Of a stretch of DNA of 64,000 bases, positions 17,366 through 26,227 are shown in pieces. Every line of letters starts with the position of its first letter. The stretch's first letter is position 1. Where the stretch lies: positions 4,823 to 68,822 of the forward strand of contig DATIOJ010000126.1 in NCBI GenBank assembly GCA_035473355.1. The letters run 5' to 3'. This DNA is from Candidatus Limnocylindrales bacterium. GTDB taxonomy: Bacteria > Chloroflexota > Dormibacteria > Dormibacterales > Dormibacteraceae. A model generated the notes under the pieces. The model had not been told where the DNA came from, ran no database searches, and worked only from the letters and a program-made list of their open reading frames with translations. The position numbers and the translations under genes are program-made.

Positions 17366-17871
17366 TGGCCTACGACACGACCCAGTGGCACGACTTCTAT
17401 GTCATGACCGGCGGCGCCGCCGCGGCCCTTGCCGGCCTCCTTTTTGTCGCGATGTCGCTCCATGCGCGCGAGATCATGGCGAACCACTTTTTCAGCAATC
17501 GCGCCGTCGGCACGCTGATGTCGCTGGCTTCGCAGCTGCTCATGTCGGGCGCGGTACTCATTCCGGCCCAACCGTTATCCCTGCTCGGCGTCGAGGTCGA
17601 GGCCACGGCCCTGGTCTTCGTCGCGTTCACGATTCGTCAGGTCCTCACCAGACGTCACGACGCTCCAGCGGTCGCCTCGACCTGGACGCACCGGCTCATC
17701 GAGCTGGTCGGAGGCACGATCTGGATCGTGCTCTTCAACGCCGCGGGCATCAGCCTGATCGTCCGGGCCGGCGGGGGTCTCTTCCTCCTCGCCGCCGTGA
17801 TGTTCTTCATGTTCGGGTGGAACATCTACATCGCGTGGATTCTGATCACCGAAGTCTCAGAGGCTGGGTGA
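17365..17871 (+). CDS. Hypothetical integral membrane protein (about 5 TM helices)
   Basis: 168 aa. Its ATG overlaps the upstream stop (TGATG at 17363-17367). Coding-type codon bias and hydrophobic helices. Confidence 0.6.
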   Translation: MAYDTTQWHDFYVMTGGAAAALAGLLFVAMSLHAREIMANHFFSNRAVGTLMSLASQLLMSGAVLIPAQPLSLLGVEVEATALVFVAFTIRQVLTRRHDAPAVASTWTHRLIELVGGTIWIVLFNAAGISLIVRAGGGLFLLAAVMFFMFGWNIYIAWILITEVSEAG

Positions 17872-18558
17872 CGGCCACGACGGGATGAGCTGAACCAGGC
17901 CGGCCGAGAGCCACGTCAGCCGGTTGGTCAGCAGCAGCGCTCCCATCACGAGCAGGACCGCCGCCGATGCAAGGTCGATGGCGCGTCGGTGCTGGTTGAC
18001 GAACTCGATGAGCGGCCGGGTGCCCTCGAAGGCGAAAGCAAGGAGGAGGAAGGGGAGGCCCAGGCCGAGGCAGTAGGCGAGCATCAGGCTCAGGCCCTGC
18101 GGCGTGGTGCCGATCGTCACCGCCGAGCTCAACACCGCGCTCAAGGTGACCCCGATGCACGGCGTCCACCCGCTCGCAAACCCCATGCCGAGCACGAAGC
18201 CGCCGGCGGCTCCCCCACCCTGCGGCGCGACCTTCATAACCCGGTACTCGGCAGACAGCAGCGGAATGCGGATGACCCCGGCGACGTGCAGCGCCATGAC
18301 GATGACGACGACGCCTGCAACCACGGGCACGAAAGCACGCACCGGCTGGACCGCCAGCGAGAACACGTAGAAGAAAAGGATGAAGATCAGCGACAGGCCG
18401 GCGACGAATGCCGCGCCGGCGACCGCGATCGAGTCGGCGGGCGCCTTTCTCGCTCCGAGGTAGGCGAGGTATGCCGGGACAAGTGGCAGCACGCATGGAG
18501 ATACGAAGGACGCGAGGCCGGCGAGGAACGCGATCGCCGGGTTGAGGCCGCTCAGCAC
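17857..18558 (-). CDS. ccdA: Cytochrome c biogenesis / thiol-disulfide transporter CcdA (DsbD-beta family)
   Basis: LAGLASFVSPCVLPLVPAYLAYL contains the conserved Cys, and a second Cys lies in GWTPCIG. GTG 18558 is chosen as the start and overlaps the upstream stop by 7 nt. The ORF-table start is 18609. Confidence 0.8.
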   Translation of the reverse strand: MLSGLNPAIAFLAGLASFVSPCVLPLVPAYLAYLGARKAPADSIAVAGAAFVAGLSLIFILFFYVFSLAVQPVRAFVPVVAGVVVIVMALHVAGVIRIPLLSAEYRVMKVAPQGGGAAGGFVLGMGFASGWTPCIGVTLSAVLSSAVTIGTTPQGLSLMLAYCLGLGLPFLLLAFAFEGTRPLIEFVNQHRRAIDLASAAVLLVMGALLLTNRLTWLSAGLVQLIPSWPSPSL

Positions 18559-19394
18559 TTGAGGGTTTCGCGCGCGAGGTCGCCGATCGCGTCGACCACC
18601 TGAACCCATACGCGACGGGGCACGTCGTGGCCCATCCCGTCGATCTCCAGGAGACGCGCGCCCGGAATCGCCGCTGCCACGCGGCGGCCGTTCTCGACCG
18701 GCACGAGGATGTCCGCGTCACCATGCACGACCAGGACAGGCACCCGGAGCGAACCGAGTCGCGGGACCCTGCTGGGCGCGGCCGCGATCGCCTGGAGCTG
18801 ACGCACGAAGCCCGCAGGCCGGTAGGCGCGGTCCACCGCCCGGGTCACTTTGTTGCGCTCGTACGCCTCGTCGAATGGATCGGACGGCCCGAGCAGCGTC
18901 CGCTTTGCCACCAGTCCGAGCGTGATCCGCTCCTCGCGCGTCGTCGGCGCGGGCGTCAGGAGCAGCGCGGTCGCTTCGGACGTGGGCTGGACCTGGTCCG
19001 CGCCGCTGGGCCCCGAGATCATCGAGGTGAGCGTCAGCACGCGAGCGGGGTGGTCGAGGGCGATCAGCTGGGCGATGAAGCCGCCCATGGACGCGCCCAC
19101 GATGTGCGCGGCGGGTATCTCCAGCGCGTCGAGGAGGCCCACCCCGTCCAACGCCATGTCGTCCAGCGTGTACGGCTCGGCGTCGTCCATCTGCGTGGAC
19201 AAGCCGGCGTCGCGGTTGTCGTATCGGATCACGCGGAAGCCTCGGGCCGCCAGCAGCTCGCAGAACTCCTCGTCCCAGCTGATCAGCTGGGTGCCCAGGC
19301 CGCCGATGAGCAGGAGCGGCGCCGCTGAGGGATCGCCGAACGTGTCGTACTCGATGGCGATCCCGTTGGCATTGGCGCGCGGCATCGGACCCAT
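18552..19394 (-). CDS. Alpha/beta hydrolase
   Basis: IEYDTFGDP..PLLLIGGLG..., the nucleophile elbow GASMGGFIA and the late HGDADILVP...GMGHD are present. The 929-aa ORF was trimmed to ATG 19394 (or 19385). Confidence 0.85.
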   Translation of the reverse strand: MGPMPRANANGIAIEYDTFGDPSAAPLLLIGGLGTQLISWDEEFCELLAARGFRVIRYDNRDAGLSTQMDDAEPYTLDDMALDGVGLLDALEIPAAHIVGASMGGFIAQLIALDHPARVLTLTSMISGPSGADQVQPTSEATALLLTPAPTTREERITLGLVAKRTLLGPSDPFDEAYERNKVTRAVDRAYRPAGFVRQLQAIAAAPSRVPRLGSLRVPVLVVHGDADILVPVENGRRVAAAIPGARLLEIDGMGHDVPRRVWVQVVDAIGDLARETLKC

Positions 19395-19412
19395 GCTACT
19401 AATCCACATATC

Positions 19413-21239
19413 GTGGCGAGGCCGCTTCCAGAGCGCACCGAGGTGGAGAGACGATTCACGTGGAACGGGGAGAGCGTCTTTCCCGACGCGGAGGGCTGGG
19501 AGAACGCGGTCGAGACCGTCCTGGCCTGGCTGCCCGACCTCGCCGAGTTCAAGGGCCACCTCGGCGACTCGCCCGACGCGCTGGCCGACTGGTTCGACGC
19601 CAACGAGCGCGCCCGCCGGCTGATGGCCAAGGTGATCGTCTACAGCTCGATGTCGTACTCGGTCGACGTGGGCGATCATGCTGCCGCGGCCCGGGTCGAC
19701 CGCGCCCGCTCGGTGGCGGCCCAGCTGAGCGCCGCCGGGTCCTTCGCCATCCCCGAGATGCTCACGATCGGGCTCCCGAAGCTCCGGGAGTGGGTCGTCG
19801 CCTCGCCGCGCCTGGCCCACCTGGGCCACTACTTCGACGTCCTCGAGAGGCTGCAGAAGCGCATCCGCAGCGCCGAGGTGGAAGAGCTGCTCAGCCAGGT
19901 CGCCGACCCGCTGGCCACAGCGCTCTCGGTCCACAGCGTGCTCGCCAACACCGACCTCAAGTTCGCGCCTGCCGTGGGCGGCGACGGCGAGCTGCACGAG
20001 GTCGCGCAGGGGACGGTCGCCTCGTTGCTCACCAGCCCGGACCGCGACGTCCGGCGGACCGCGTTCGAGAGCTACGCCGACGAGCACCTGAGGATGCAGC
20101 ACGCCATGGCGGCAAGCCTGGCCGGCGCCGTCAAGCGGGACGTCTTCTTCGCGCGCGCAAGAGGACACGCGTCCTCGCTCGAGGCGGCGCTCGAGCCTGG
20201 ACACATCCCGGTCGAGGTCTTCCACAACGTGATCCGGACGTTCCGCGAGAACGTCGGCACCTGGCACCGCTACTGGCGCATCCGCCGCGAGATGCTCGGG
20301 CTCGAGGTCCTCAAGCCCTACGACCTTCGCGCGCAGCTGAGCGCGAGCACGCTGGAAGTGCGGTACGAGGAGGCGGTCGACTGGATCTCGGAGGGCGTCG
20401 CTCCGCTCGGCGAAGAGTACGTCGCGATCATGCGCAAGGGCGCGTTGCAAGACCGATGGGTCGACATCTACCCCAACAAGGGCAAGCGGATGGGAGCTTT
20501 CTCGACCGGCGCGATGGACACGATGCCCTTCATCTTCATGAGCTACAACGAAGACATCTTTTCGATGAGCACGCTTGCCCACGAGCTCGGGCATTCGATG
20601 CACTCGTACCACGCGTGGCACACGCAGCCGTACGTGTACTCGAACTACGGCCTGTTCCAGGCCGAGGTCGCGTCGAACATGCACCAGGCGCTCACCCGGC
20701 GACACCTGCTGGCGACGAGATCCGACCCCGCGTTTCAGATGGCCGTGATCGAAGAAGCGATGTCCAACTTCTACCGCTACTTCTTCATCATGCCGTCGCT
20801 CGCGCGCCTCGAGCTGGTGATCCACGAGCGCGCGGAGCGCGGCGGCGCCATTACGGCCGACTACCTGAACAACCTGATGGCCGATCTCCTGGTGGAGGTC
20901 TACGGCTCCGAGGTCGACGTCAGTGAGCGCGATCGCGACCGCATCGGCTCGACCTGGGCGCAGTTTCACACCCATCTCTACAGCAACTTCTACGTCTACC
21001 AGTACGCGACGGGCATCGCGGCGGCGGATCACCTCGTGCAGCGCGTCGCCAACGGCGACCGCAAGGCGGTGGAGTCCTACCTCGCGTTCTTGAAGAGCGC
21101 GAGCTCCATGTATCCGCTCGAAGGGCTGCGCATGGCCGGCGTCGACATGACCTCGCCGGAGCCCGTCGAGGCGGCGTTCGCCACGCTCGCGTCGATGGTG
21201 GACCGGCTGGAGACCCTGGCTAGAGCACGATCCGCATGA
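19413..21239 (+). CDS. pepF: Oligoendopeptidase F family (M3B) metallopeptidase
   Basis: 608 aa with the zinc motif HELGHSMH. The N-terminal LPERTEVERRFTWNGE matches the PepF style. GTG start. Confidence 0.9.
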   Translation: MARPLPERTEVERRFTWNGESVFPDAEGWENAVETVLAWLPDLAEFKGHLGDSPDALADWFDANERARRLMAKVIVYSSMSYSVDVGDHAAAARVDRARSVAAQLSAAGSFAIPEMLTIGLPKLREWVVASPRLAHLGHYFDVLERLQKRIRSAEVEELLSQVADPLATALSVHSVLANTDLKFAPAVGGDGELHEVAQGTVASLLTSPDRDVRRTAFESYADEHLRMQHAMAASLAGAVKRDVFFARARGHASSLEAALEPGHIPVEVFHNVIRTFRENVGTWHRYWRIRREMLGLEVLKPYDLRAQLSASTLEVRYEEAVDWISEGVAPLGEEYVAIMRKGALQDRWVDIYPNKGKRMGAFSTGAMDTMPFIFMSYNEDIFSMSTLAHELGHSMHSYHAWHTQPYVYSNYGLFQAEVASNMHQALTRRHLLATRSDPAFQMAVIEEAMSNFYRYFFIMPSLARLELVIHERAERGGAITADYLNNLMADLLVEVYGSEVDVSERDRDRIGSTWAQFHTHLYSNFYVYQYATGIAAADHLVQRVANGDRKAVESYLAFLKSASSMYPLEGLRMAGVDMTSPEPVEAAFATLASMVDRLETLARARSA

Positions 21240-21654
21240 CGTCGGTTTCGCGAATCTTGAATCCCATTCGCTCGTAGAGCCGGTGCGCGGCCTTGCGCGC
21301 CTCGCCCCGTCCTGACTGTAGCTCGGCGACCTGCGCGCCACGTTCGCGACCGACGTCGAGCGCGGCTCTGACGAGCTCCTCGCCCACGCCCTTGCCCCTT
21401 GCGGCAGCGTCGACCACGACCTCGTCCAGGCGCGCCTTGATCCAGAAAGGCGTCGTGTAGACGATCACCGTGGTCGTACCCACGATCGCATCGCCGTCCC
21501 TTGCGACCAGCAGCGCGACCGCCGGATCGGCGATCAGGCGCCGTAGGCGATCCATGTCGGGAACGGGCAGAGTTGGGTTGAGCTGGGGCAGGAGATGCGC
21601 CAGCGCCGCCTGCAGCTCGGGCGTCGCCTCCGCGGCAACCTCGATGCGCACCAT
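21220..21654 (-). CDS. GNAT family N-acetyltransferase
   Basis: 144 aa. It has the acetyl-CoA motif ...VVVDAAARGKGVGEELV... and the terminal ...AHRLYERMGF. Confidence 0.85.
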   Translation of the reverse strand: MVRIEVAAEATPELQAALAHLLPQLNPTLPVPDMDRLRRLIADPAVALLVARDGDAIVGTTTVIVYTTPFWIKARLDEVVVDAAARGKGVGEELVRAALDVGRERGAQVAELQSGRGEARKAAHRLYERMGFKIRETDVMRIVL

Positions 21655-21667
21655 CAGACCGAGGACG

Positions 21668-21967
21668 TTAGACCAGTCTCAGGAGCGCGGCGGTTGCGGC
21701 GGCCGCGGCGACCACGACGAGAAACGGAGCCCGCAGGAGCACGGCCATCACGGCGACGGCCAGCGCCGCCGCCCGCACGTCGAGCACCAGCGTGTGGCCC
21801 GTCGAGAACGTCTGCGTCGCGACGAGAGCGGCCAGCAGGGCGATCGGGATCAGTGGAACAGTGCGCTGCACCCGCGCGTCGGCCAGCCAGCTCTGCGGCA
21901 GCGACAGCCCGGCGAGCTTCAGCCCGTAGCACGCAAGCGATGCGACGAGGACGCCCGCCCACATCAT
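21668..21967 (-). CDS. azlD: Branched-chain amino acid exporter small subunit AzlD
   Basis: 99 aa with 3-4 TM helices. ATGA overlap with the azlC stop (21964-21967). Confidence 0.75.
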   Translation of the reverse strand: MMWAGVLVASLACYGLKLAGLSLPQSWLADARVQRTVPLIPIALLAALVATQTFSTGHTLVLDVRAAALAVAVMAVLLRAPFLVVVAAAAATAALLRLV

Positions 21968-22689
21968 CTGAGGTAACCGAACAGCGCCACGAGCAGCGCG
22001 ACGATCAGGAGAGGCACGCCCGCCGGCACGAAGGGAAGGACCGCGATGGCCACCACCGCCGCAGCGAGCGCCACCGCCAGCGGTTCGCGCGCTCGCAGCC
22101 GAGGCGCGAGGAGCGCCAGAAACGCGGCCGGTGGCGCGGCGTCGAGGCCCAACGTTTTTGGATTCGACACCACGTGGGCGGCCAGGGCGCCGGCGAGGGT
22201 GCCCAGGTTCCAGAAGATGAACAGCGCGAACCCCGTCGACCAGAAGGCGAAGCGGCCCGCGGACGGATCGTCGCGCGCGATCGCCATCGCAGTCGTCTCG
22301 TCGATCACGAACTGCGCAGCGAGAACGCGCTTGAGACCGCGCACCTCGAGGAGCGAGGACAGGCGAAGGCCGTACAGCGCGTTGCGCGAACCGAGCAGCA
22401 CCGCGGCCACCGCACCGGCCCACACACCACCGCCCCCGCCGATCACCCCGACGAGTGCGAACTGCGACGCGCCGGTGAACATCAGGACCGACAGGGCGCA
22501 GGTCTGCGGCAGTGACAGTCCCGCGGCGGTGGCGATGGCGCCTAACGAGATCGCGTAAGCGCCGCTCGCGATCGCGATGCCGAGCGCGTCGCGGACTATT
22601 CCGCGGCGGGGATCAGGCGATCTTGTTGCCGTCTGGTCCGACGGCGTCCCAGACAGCCCCGAAGTTGTTGACCCCCTGTCCGGTGGCAT
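21964..22689 (-). CDS. azlC: AzlC family branched-chain amino acid exporter subunit
   Basis: ...GAYAISLGAIATAAGLSLPQTCALSVLMFTGASQFALVG... is AzlC-like. The only in-frame ATG/GTG start gives a 77-nt overlap with the upstream lipoprotein gene. Confidence 0.8.
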   Translation of the reverse strand: MPPDRGSTTSGLSGTPSDQTATRSPDPRRGIVRDALGIAIASGAYAISLGAIATAAGLSLPQTCALSVLMFTGASQFALVGVIGGGGGVWAGAVAAVLLGSRNALYGLRLSSLLEVRGLKRVLAAQFVIDETTAMAIARDDPSAGRFAFWSTGFALFIFWNLGTLAGALAAHVVSNPKTLGLDAAPPAAFLALLAPRLRAREPLAVALAAAVVAIAVLPFVPAGVPLLIVALLVALFGYLR

Positions 22690-23071
22690 CCCCGGGATTG
22701 TGATCGGTCACGACGTAGTACAGAGGATGGCCGGCGTACGTGACTTCCGTCGTGCCGTCGGTGCGCGGCGCGGTGCCAAGCAGTGCTGCGTTGACGCCCG
22801 TTCCGGCCTGCGGCTGGCCGCTCGTCAAGAGAGGCGGCCAGTACGACGCGCACGAGCCATAGCATGCCGACGCCGTTCCCTTGTCGGCTTCGAACAGATA
22901 CAGCGTTCGCCCGTTGCCGTCGACCAGGATCTGGCCCAGCTTCGCGTTGGCGGCGACCGCCACCGTGGCGGTGGGCACCGGCGACGGCGAGCTCGCTGCT
23001 GACGTCGACGGTGAGCCGCCGCCGCACGCGGCCGCGGCCACGAGGACCATCAACGTAAGGGCCTTGCGCAT
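22613..23071 (-). CDS. Lipoprotein with tandem Yx(FWY)xxD-type secreted repeats (COG4315-like)
   Basis: Signal and lipobox MRKALTLMVLVAAAAC. Repeats ...GRTLYLFEADKG..SACYGSCASYWPP... and ...GHPLYYVVTDHNPGDATGQG. Confidence 0.75.
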   Translation of the reverse strand: MRKALTLMVLVAAAACGGGSPSTSAASSPSPVPTATVAVAANAKLGQILVDGNGRTLYLFEADKGTASACYGSCASYWPPLLTSGQPQAGTGVNAALLGTAPRTDGTTEVTYAGHPLYYVVTDHNPGDATGQGVNNFGAVWDAVGPDGNKIA

Positions 23072-23205
23072 CGCGAAACTCGATACGCGGCGGGGTTACG
23101 GCTATCGGGCGTGACGGTCAGGACGACATCGTCGAGCCAGCCCAACTCGTCGCGCGCATACTCGGCCCACACACGATCCGTCCGTTCTCGTATGAGGAGG
23201 AAAGC

Positions 23206-24018
23206 ATGAGGGGCCAACTGATAAAGCTCGGCTATGTGGCGATTCTCGCCGGCGCCGTTCTGGCCGGCTCGGTCTTCCACGTGCTTGGGAGCACAACGCC
23301 CACCGTATTTCGAGGATGTCTCACGGGCGGCGGCACGCTCATCTTCGTCACGACGCAGTCCGTTCCGAGGTGCCCAGCCGGCACGACCGCCGTCTCGTGG
23401 AACCAGCAGGGTCCTCCAGGGACAGCCGGCGGACTCTCCCAGATACTCGAGGTCACCGCGTCCACGACGTTCAACGTGCCCGCGGGTGTGACCAGCGTTC
23501 TGGTCGAGGCGTGGGGTGGCGGCGGTGGCGGAAGCGATTTCATCCCATTTCCAGACTGCATCAGCTCTGCCGCCGGCGGAAGTGGCGGTTACCTGCGCAC
23601 GGTCGTTTCCGTGAACCCGGGTGAATCGCTGAGCATCAGCGTCGGCGCAGCCGGTGCCGCCGGAGTGGCCGGAGGCACGTCGAGCGTGACGCGAGGCAGC
23701 ACCGTGCTCGTCTCCGCAGGCGGGGGCGGCGCTGGCACCGTGATTGCGAGCCCGGCGTCGGCTGTCGGCGGGGCCGGCGGTCAGGTCGTGAGCCCGGGCG
23801 GTATCGTCCGGCCCGGCAATCCAGGTGGGAGTGGCGTGTTCGACTTCATGTGCGCCTTCGGCCCTGGCAACCCGCCGTCCAGCCCAGCGGGCCTTGCTGG
23901 ACTTCCGATACAGGGATCGGTAGCTCCATTGCACAACGGGTCGGCCGGTGGCAGTGGGACGGTCTTTTCCGGCCCGGCTCAGGCAGGCGGCCCGGGCGAG
24001 GTCATCCTGACCTGGTAA
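23206..24018 (+). CDS. Exported/anchored glycine-rich domain protein
   Basis: GAGGAGGAAAGC precedes the ATG. There is an N-terminal hydrophobic helix. The sequence FNVPAGVTSVLVEAWGGGGGGS...GGSGGYLRTVVSVNPGESLSISVGAAG... matches the Gly_rich domain pattern. Confidence 0.7.
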   Translation: MRGQLIKLGYVAILAGAVLAGSVFHVLGSTTPTVFRGCLTGGGTLIFVTTQSVPRCPAGTTAVSWNQQGPPGTAGGLSQILEVTASTTFNVPAGVTSVLVEAWGGGGGGSDFIPFPDCISSAAGGSGGYLRTVVSVNPGESLSISVGAAGAAGVAGGTSSVTRGSTVLVSAGGGGAGTVIASPASAVGGAGGQVVSPGGIVRPGNPGGSGVFDFMCAFGPGNPPSSPAGLAGLPIQGSVAPLHNGSAGGSGTVFSGPAQAGGPGEVILTW

Positions 24019-24031
24019 CGGACTGGTGTGA

Positions 24032-24059
24032 GGCGACGGCGGCGCGAGCTACCGTCGCC
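24032..24059. terminator. Hairpin between convergent genes (possible bidirectional terminator)
   Basis: GGCGACGG-N12-CCGTCGCC forms an 8-bp stem between the gly-rich stop (24018) and the SDR stop (24062). Confidence 0.4.
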
Positions 24060-24061
24060 CG

Positions 24062-24829
24062 CTACTCCGGCGTTACGTAAGCCGCCGTGATTCCCCCGTC
24101 GACGAGGAAGGTCGCGCCGTTGACGTAGCTGGACTCGTCGCTCGCGAGGAACAGCGCGGCGTTGGCGATCTCGCGGGCTTTGGCCAGCCGTCCCATCGGG
24201 AGATGGACGCGGCGGCGCTGGTACGCGCCCGGGTCCTCGTTGAAGATCCGCATGAGCAGCGGCGTCTCGACCGGACCAGGGCACAGCGCGTTGACGCGCA
24301 CGCCGTCCCGCGCAAACTGGACCGCCAGCTCGCGGCTCATCGACAGCACGGCGCCTTTGGACGCGGTGTACGCGATCTGGGACGTGGCCGCGCCCATCAA
24401 CGCGACGAATGACGCGACGTTGATCACCGAACCGCCGCCCGCCTTCAGCAAATATGGGATGCCGTACTTGCAGCAGAGGTAGACACCCCTTGCGTTGACT
24501 GCCTGGACCCGATCCCACGCATCGGGTTCCGTGGTGAGGATCGAATCGTCGTCGGCCGGCATGATGCCCGCGTTGTTGTAGAGCACGTTCACAGCGCCGT
24601 AGCGCCTCTCCGTCTCCGCGTACATCCCCTGCACGCTCTGCGGATCGCTGACGTCGGCGGCGAAGAAGAACGCCTCGCGACATTCCGAGGCAGTCTTCTC
24701 CCCGGCCTCGCGCCCGACGTCCGCGACGCAGACCCTCGCCCCTTCGGATGAGAAAAGGATCGCGGCCTCGCGGCCGATGCCGCCTGCGGCGCCTGTGATC
24801 ACGGCGACCTTACCGCTCAACCTGTTCAT
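24062..24829 (-). CDS. SDR family oxidoreductase
   Basis: TGAAGGIG is present, with NNAG, the catalytic Y..SK (YTASKGAV) and PGPVETP. Confidence 0.9.
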   Translation of the reverse strand: MNRLSGKVAVITGAAGGIGREAAILFSSEGARVCVADVGREAGEKTASECREAFFFAADVSDPQSVQGMYAETERRYGAVNVLYNNAGIMPADDDSILTTEPDAWDRVQAVNARGVYLCCKYGIPYLLKAGGGSVINVASFVALMGAATSQIAYTASKGAVLSMSRELAVQFARDGVRVNALCPGPVETPLLMRIFNEDPGAYQRRRVHLPMGRLAKAREIANAALFLASDESSYVNGATFLVDGGITAAYVTPE

Positions 24830-24835
24830 TGGGCC

Positions 24836-26227
24836 CTACCCACGTTCGAAAAGCCTCTCCCTTTCATACGTCGTCACGACCTTGTCGAACAGCGCCTGCT
24901 CCGTCCGCGCGTAGTTGAGGTAGTGATCGACAACATCCTCGCCAAAAGCCTGCCGCGCCATCGTGCCGCCCTCCAGCGCCGTGATCGCGTCGCGCAGCGC
25001 GTGCGGAAACCGCTGCACGTCCGACTCGTACGCGTTGCCCTTGAACTCGGGCGGCAGCGTCAGCTTCTCCTCGATTCCCTGCAAGCCCGCCGCGAGCAGG
25101 GCCGCGAAGCACAGATACGGATTGACGTCCGCACCCGGTATGCGCGACTCGGTGCGCAGGTGCTGGCCGTGCCCCACGATGCGGAACCCGCACGTCCGGT
25201 TGTCGTGGCCCCACGCCAGCGTGGTCGGCGCCCAGCTGCCCGCTGCGTATCGCTTGTACGAGTTGATGTTGGGCGCGAGGAAGATGGCTATCTCCGCGGC
25301 GTACGCGATGTGGCCGGCGAGGTAGTGCTTGAACGTGTCCGATTCGCCGTCGAATGCGTTTCGGCCGCCATTCCACAGGCTGGAATGGACGTGGCACGAG
25401 CTCCCGATCCAGCGGTGGTCGGGCTTGGCCATGAACGTCACCGAGCAGCCCTGCTGGTGCGCCATCTCCTTGATCCCGTTCTTGTAGATGACATGGTTGT
25501 CGGCCATCGTCAGCGCGTCGGAGAAATGAAAGTTGATCTCCTGCTGGCCCGGCCAGGCCTCACCCTTCGAGCTCTCGACGGGTATGCCCGCCGCCTTCAT
25601 CCCGCGGCGGACCGCGCGGAGGAACGGCTCGTCATAGGTCGTGGCCAGGATGTGGTAGTCGAGGATGTAGGGCACTGACGGCGTCAGGTCGGTGAAGTGT
25701 TTGGCGTGGGCCTCGGCGAAGGTCTCCTTCAAGAGGAAGAATTCGAGCTCAGAACCGAACATCGGCTCGAAGCCGAGTTTGCGCGCCCGCTCGATCTGCG
25801 CCCGCAGCACCTGCCGCGGTGACGGCCGGACCGGCTTTCCGTCGTGCCACTGCACGTCGCACAGCACCATCGCGGTGCCGTCCAGCCACGGGATCGCCCG
25901 CAGCGTGTTGAAGTCGGGCACGAGGTCGAAGTCCCCGTACCCGCTCTCCCAGTTCGCCATCTGGTAGCCGGGCACGGGGTCCATCTCCATGTCGAGCGCG
26001 AGCAGGTAGTTGCAGCCCTCCGTCGACTCCCCCTGGTACGACGTCTCGACGAAGTACTCCGCGTCGACGCGCTTGCCCATCAGCCGGCCTTGCATGTCTG
26101 TGAAAGCGACGACGACGGTGTCGATCTCACCGTTGTCGACCTGGTGAGCGAGGTGCTCCTTCGTCAGCACGGGAGTGGCCCGCTCCCCAGGGCGCGGCAG
26201 AGTCGCGGCCTCGGCGGTCGGAGCCAA
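24836..26227 (-). CDS. Glutamine synthetase family protein (gamma-glutamyl-amine synthetase-like, PuuA/GlnA3-4 type)
   Basis: The type I GS fold segments GSELEFFL, ...KGEAWPGQQEINF... and ...NSYKRY... are present. The start is uncertain: TTG 26227 has no SD, and GTG 26170 is an alternative. Confidence 0.88.
   Translation of the reverse strand: MAPTAEAATLPRPGERATPVLTKEHLAHQVDNGEIDTVVVAFTDMQGRLMGKRVDAEYFVETSYQGESTEGCNYLLALDMEMDPVPGYQMANWESGYGDFDLVPDFNTLRAIPWLDGTAMVLCDVQWHDGKPVRPSPRQVLRAQIERARKLGFEPMFGSELEFFLLKETFAEAHAKHFTDLTPSVPYILDYHILATTYDEPFLRAVRRGMKAAGIPVESSKGEAWPGQQEINFHFSDALTMADNHVIYKNGIKEMAHQQGCSVTFMAKPDHRWIGSSCHVHSSLWNGGRNAFDGESDTFKHYLAGHIAYAAEIAIFLAPNINSYKRYAAGSWAPTTLAWGHDNRTCGFRIVGHGQHLRTESRIPGADVNPYLCFAALLAAGLQGIEEKLTLPPEFKGNAYESDVQRFPHALRDAITALEGGTMARQAFGEDVVDHYLNYARTEQALFDKVVTTYERERLFERG

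Noticed and set aside
19395-21341. Upstream ~650 aa of the 929-aa minus-strand ORF (18552..21341)
   Set aside because: It lies antisense to pepF (HELGHSMH on the plus strand). Only the last 280 aa (alpha/beta hydrolase) are credible.
21220-21654. GNAT as a toxin of a GNAT-RHH toxin-antitoxin pair
   Set aside because: There is no small RHH/Xre antitoxin ORF adjacent. The upstream gene is azlD, and the GNAT converges on pepF.
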